This document shows, one piece after another, positions 60,484 to 64,000 of a stretch of 64,000 nt of DNA. The position numbers were made by a program, and so were the translations under genes. The notes under the pieces are model-generated. The model saw only the letters and a list, made by a program, of their open reading frames with translations. It searched no databases and had not been told where the DNA came from. Position 1 is the first letter of the stretch, and each line of letters opens with the position of its first letter. Source of the DNA: Spirochaetia bacterium (GTDB lineage: Bacteria > Spirochaetota > Spirochaetia > CADAEX01); assembly GCA_963662265.2 (NCBI GenBank), contig CAXXHA010000001.1:224001-288000 (forward strand), read 5' to 3'.

Positions 60484-60993
60484 ATGTTTAAAAATAAAGA
60501 GACTATTGTCAAATATTTAAGAGAAAATACTGTTTTACGTTCAATAGAAGCCCCGGAAATCGGGAAATTCATTGATACAGGCGGAATCAATTTCTATAAC
60601 GAAAATGATCATATACTGACAGAAGATGATGCAGGAAATACAATCTACTTCATTATCAATGGTAATGTAGATGTTATAAAAAGTGAAGAGGCAAAGGAAG
60701 TCTATATCTGCACACTAGGTACAGGTGAGTTTTTCGGAGAAGCCGGGCTGTTCACGACAATGAAGAGATCAGCAACAGTGAGAGCTTCTTCAGATACATC
60801 AATCCTGAAAATAGACAGGGGGAATTTTGTATCTTTTATAAAAGCAAATCCCTCTTCCGGTATTAAAATACTGATGCTGATTATTTACAGCCTTCTCAAA
60901 AAGCTTAAAACTGTGAACGCTGAACTTGCTTTTGAGAGAAAACTTGATATCGGTCAGGATGATATAGATGCTCTCATCAATTCCCTGCTGTAA
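60484..60993 (+). CDS. Stand-alone cyclic-nucleotide-binding domain protein
   Basis: IYFIINGNV, GEFFGEAGL, RSATVRA; no Crp HTH. Confidence 0.88.
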   Translation: MFKNKETIVKYLRENTVLRSIEAPEIGKFIDTGGINFYNENDHILTEDDAGNTIYFIINGNVDVIKSEEAKEVYICTLGTGEFFGEAGLFTTMKRSATVRASSDTSILKIDRGNFVSFIKANPSSGIKILMLIIYSLLKKLKTVNAELAFERKLDIGQDDIDALINSLL

Positions 60994-61050
60994 ACAGAAA
61001 ATACATTAAATCAACCCTTTCTCCGCAATACAGGAGAAGCTTGCCAATAA

Positions 61051-61090
61051 AAAAGGCTGATTCATCATGATTAATATGAATCAGCCTTTT
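61051..61090. terminator. Bidirectional terminator
   Basis: AAAAGGCTGATTCAT...ATGAATCAGCCTTTT. Confidence 0.8.
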
Positions 61091-61107
61091 AAAATTCCGC
61101 ATGATAG

Positions 61108-62670
61108 CTATTGTATATAATGGCAGCCTGTAGAACGTTTATTACGTATTGCAGCGCCTACAATCAGCGATGAACAGACTGACGCGTTTCTGAGTTCAAT
61201 AATACCTGTATTCAGCTTTGCCTGCTGATAAAATTTAATAATCCTGTGTGAATAGTAATTAAGGTCAGCTTTTGCCCTCTCAAGCCCTTTTCGGGTCCTT
61301 ATAATCCCTGCATAGTTCCACATTGTCAGCTGTATTGCCTTCATATCCTGATCAACGAGCAGCGGATCAAAAACCTGGTTTCTCTGTGGATCTTTCCAGT
61401 CGGGAATACGCCCTACCCGGCTGATATCAACTTCCTTATTATCACGGATTATTGAATCAGCGGCTCTCTTGCCCCATAAAAGGCCTTCGAGAAGAGAAGT
61501 GGATGCAAGCCTGTTTGAACCGTGAAGCCCTGTACAGCTTACCTCCCCCACAGCATAGAGATTCTGAAGGGAAGCCTTCCCGTCAATTCCAACCTTAATA
61601 CCGCCGCAGAAATAATGTGCTGCAGGTACTATCGGAATCATCTCCCTGGAGATATCGACTCCCCCCTTATTACAGGTCTGGTAAATCTTTGAAAACCGCT
61701 TCTGAATCGGAGGCTTACCGTCATAATAATTAAAAAGATCAAGAAACATATATTCCTGGCCAGTTTTAGCCATTCTGTCGAAGATAGCACGGGCAACAAC
61801 ATCCCTGGGCGCAAGATCCTTGAGAGGGGAGTAATCTTTCATAAACTCATACCCGTCATGATCCTTAAGCCTGGCACCTTCACCTCTCAAAGCTTCTGAA
61901 ATAAGAAACCGTTTTACATCTTTGTTGAAAAAGGATGTCGGGTGGAACTGCACAAACTCAGCATTAATAATGTCGGCACCTGCCTTATATGCCATGCTGA
62001 GTCCGTCACCGGTGGCTGAATCAGGATTTGTCGTATACTGGTAAATATTCCCTAGTCCCCCTGTCGCAAGAACAACAGAACCTGAGAAGAAAGTATCAAC
62101 CTCGCCAGTCTGGTTATTGAGAGCATAAATACCCATGACTTCCCTGGGCTTATACATTTCCTGTGTATCATTTGAATGATGGTTGTTTGTTATTATATCT
62201 ACAGCAGTATAGTTGCAGGCAATCTTGATACCCAGCTTCTCTGCATATTTAATAAGCTCAAGTTCAATCTTGTCGCCTGTATGATCCTCATAATGGACAA
62301 TACGCCTCACCTGGTGGGCAGCCTCTTCAGTGTAATCTATTTCTCCAAGCTCATTTTTACTGAATTCAATTCCTGCTTCATTAATCAGAAAATCAAAAAC
62401 AAGCTGGGGCCCCTCCTTTGCAAAGACCTCAACTGCTTCCATCCTGTTATACTCATTGCCTGCAAGCAGTACATCTTCTTTCAGCATCTCAGGAGTATCT
62501 GTTTCCCTTGAAGCTATAATACCACCCTGGGCATAATATGTATTTGATTCCTCAGGTCTTGCTGTTTTAGTCAAAACAGCAACATTCAGTCCAGCCTTCT
62601 TTAAATATATTGCAGATGTCAGACCGGCTATCCCGGATCCGACAATTATCGCCTCGTAATAATATCTCAT
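61108..62670 (-). CDS. nadB: L-aspartate oxidase
   Basis: GSGIAGL, AQGGI, QFHPT, LISEALRGEG, LAPRDVVAR, HGSNRLASTSLLE. Confidence 0.96.
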   Translation of the reverse strand: MRYYYEAIIVGSGIAGLTSAIYLKKAGLNVAVLTKTARPEESNTYYAQGGIIASRETDTPEMLKEDVLLAGNEYNRMEAVEVFAKEGPQLVFDFLINEAGIEFSKNELGEIDYTEEAAHQVRRIVHYEDHTGDKIELELIKYAEKLGIKIACNYTAVDIITNNHHSNDTQEMYKPREVMGIYALNNQTGEVDTFFSGSVVLATGGLGNIYQYTTNPDSATGDGLSMAYKAGADIINAEFVQFHPTSFFNKDVKRFLISEALRGEGARLKDHDGYEFMKDYSPLKDLAPRDVVARAIFDRMAKTGQEYMFLDLFNYYDGKPPIQKRFSKIYQTCNKGGVDISREMIPIVPAAHYFCGGIKVGIDGKASLQNLYAVGEVSCTGLHGSNRLASTSLLEGLLWGKRAADSIIRDNKEVDISRVGRIPDWKDPQRNQVFDPLLVDQDMKAIQLTMWNYAGIIRTRKGLERAKADLNYYSHRIIKFYQQAKLNTGIIELRNASVCSSLIVGAAIRNKRSTGCHYIQ

Positions 62671-63755
62671 TGTTCTTCAACTATTTTTATCATCTGGTCA
62701 AGCGCCTTGAGAGCATTGCCTCTGAATTCATCTTTGACAGAAACAGGGTACAGAAGTTCACCTTTTCCCTCTTCATAAAGCTCTACAGAGTTAAGTGATT
62801 CTGCGAGGTTTTTCATTGTTATCTTGCTCATATTGCCGCAGAATGAGGTCCTTATGGGAACAATTGTCATTTTCCTGAATTCCTCAGCCAGTCTCTCGAC
62901 AAATTTCGCCTCTGTTGCTATTCCCCAGACAGAACCGGAAGGAGATTCCTTTACAACATTGTAGATTTTCTGTGTGGAACCGTGCATATCTGCAAGCTTT
63001 TCCACAGAAGGATCAACTTCCGGATGAACAATTATTTTCCCGGAAGGATGATTTTTCCTGAAATCAGCAATATCGTTTTTCAGGAATTCCTGATGCACAT
63101 GGCAGAAACCGTCCCAGAGAAATACCTTGACATCTTCAGGATTACCGTTGAAATCTATTGAAAGATCATTCCTGATGAGAGCTGTCTCATTTTCCTTAAG
63201 CCTGAGTGCATTTGAAATATTGGTTCCGAGATTTGCATCGGGAAAGAAAAATACTCTCTTACCCCTGTCCAGGTAATATTTAAGAATTTTCTCGGCATTT
63301 GAACTTGTACAGACAGCACCTCCGTACTCCCCGCACAGGCTTTTTGAATCTGCATACGAGTTCATGTAAACAACAGGTACCGGCTTTTCCCCTGTATATT
63401 TTTCCGCTTCAGCAAGGGCCTTTCTTCCCGATTCAATATCTGCCATATCAGCCATAGGGCAGCCTGCTGAAAGATCGGGAATAAGCACCTTTTTATCAGG
63501 TGAAAGAATATCAACCCCCTCAGCCATGAATCTTACTCCGCAAAAGACAACCCATTCAGCATCGCATCGTGTTGCATCAACTGCAAGTTTGTATGAATCT
63601 CCCGAAACATCTGCAAACTGAAAAACGTCAGAACTCACATAATAATGAGCAGGAATCAGGAGTCTTTTCCCGAACCTTTTTTTAATATCATTGATATAGC
63701 TCTTAAGCATATCTTCATTGTAATTGTCGAAATCAATTTTTCCGGCACACATCAA
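62667..63755 (-). CDS. nadA: Quinolinate synthase
   Basis: AHYY, GDS, FCGVRFMAE, AGCPMA, YMNS, CTSSNA, CHVH, HPE. Confidence 0.96.
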   Translation of the reverse strand: MMCAGKIDFDNYNEDMLKSYINDIKKRFGKRLLIPAHYYVSSDVFQFADVSGDSYKLAVDATRCDAEWVVFCGVRFMAEGVDILSPDKKVLIPDLSAGCPMADMADIESGRKALAEAEKYTGEKPVPVVYMNSYADSKSLCGEYGGAVCTSSNAEKILKYYLDRGKRVFFFPDANLGTNISNALRLKENETALIRNDLSIDFNGNPEDVKVFLWDGFCHVHQEFLKNDIADFRKNHPSGKIIVHPEVDPSVEKLADMHGSTQKIYNVVKESPSGSVWGIATEAKFVERLAEEFRKMTIVPIRTSFCGNMSKITMKNLAESLNSVELYEEGKGELLYPVSVKDEFRGNALKALDQMIKIVEEQ

Positions 63756-63766
63756 TAATCCTCCGA

Positions 63767-64000
63767 TTAACCTTTCTTAAGGCTGAAATCAAATGCCTTA
63801 ATAGTATGTGTAAGTTCTCCGAAAGAGATGTAGTCAACACCTGTTTCGGAAACCTCTTTTATTCGTTCAAAATTCATATTACCTGAAGCTTCAGTTTCAG
63901 ATTTTCCGCCAATAAGCTTTACTGCTTCTGCAGTTTCTTCATTGCTCATATTATCAAGCATAATTCTGTCAGCTCCTGCAGAAAGAGCTTCCCTGACCTC
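63767..64000 (-). CDS. nadC: Quinolinate phosphoribosyltransferase, C-terminal part (5' end outside window)
   Basis: GADRIMLDNM, EASGN, GVDYISFGELTH..DFSL; adjacent to nadA. Confidence 0.95.
   Translation of the reverse strand, partial: EVREALSAGADRIMLDNMSNEETAEAVKLIGGKSETEASGNMNFERIKEVSETGVDYISFGELTHTIKAFDFSLKKG

Noticed and set aside
451-61090. Similar GGCTG...CAGCC hairpins at 451, 3231, 58263 and 61051
   Set aside because: All lie just after stop codons with T-tracts; ordinary terminators rather than a mobile repeat
1-64000. Many short ORFs antisense to, or out of frame within, long genes (e.g. 4277..4714, 11481..12059, 47155..47706, 55637..56227, 56295..56915)
   Set aside because: Shadows of motif-supported genes, with no independent motifs
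1-64000. CRISPR arrays, tRNA/rRNA genes, transposases, integrases, prophage or defence genes
   Set aside because: No repeat-spacer periodicity, cloverleaf or diagnostic motifs seen by eye; computational scans not run

Overview
An AT-rich chromosomal window from an anaerobic bacterium, most likely a free-living spirochaete (inferred from lipoprotein signal peptides and gene content). I saw no rRNA, tRNA, CRISPR array or intact mobile element. Main blocks: (i) signalling and envelope genes, including an active 5'-nucleotidase lipoprotein, a membrane AraC/lipoprotein pair, a peptidase/beta-propeller/barrel protein and five c-di-GMP enzymes; (ii) a MerR - B3/4 editing domain - EamA module; (iii) lipBA; (iv) a TetR-flanked amino-acid fermentation cluster (symporter, aminotransferase, four-subunit 2-oxoacid:ferredoxin oxidoreductase, ADP-forming acyl-CoA synthetase, MFS); (v) a sensory hydrogenase (hfsABC/HydS) plus trimeric HydABC operon; (vi) MCP, nfeD-floA-yqfB, uup, a hybrid kinase and rex; (vii) an FMN riboswitch with the rib operon, an HD-GYP gene and nadCAB. 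Best candidates for new biology: a catalytically dead 5'-nucleotidase-like exported protein coupled to a membrane diguanylate cyclase (10004-13158; possible extracellular nucleotide sensor); a 34-35 nt covarying structured motif lying exactly 15 nt before both hydC and floA; and a non-canonical Rex-like operator shared by rex and the hydrogenase promoter. Four +1 frameshifts, three in homopolymer runs, may be assembly errors. All assignments are from reading motifs by eye; no database searches were run.
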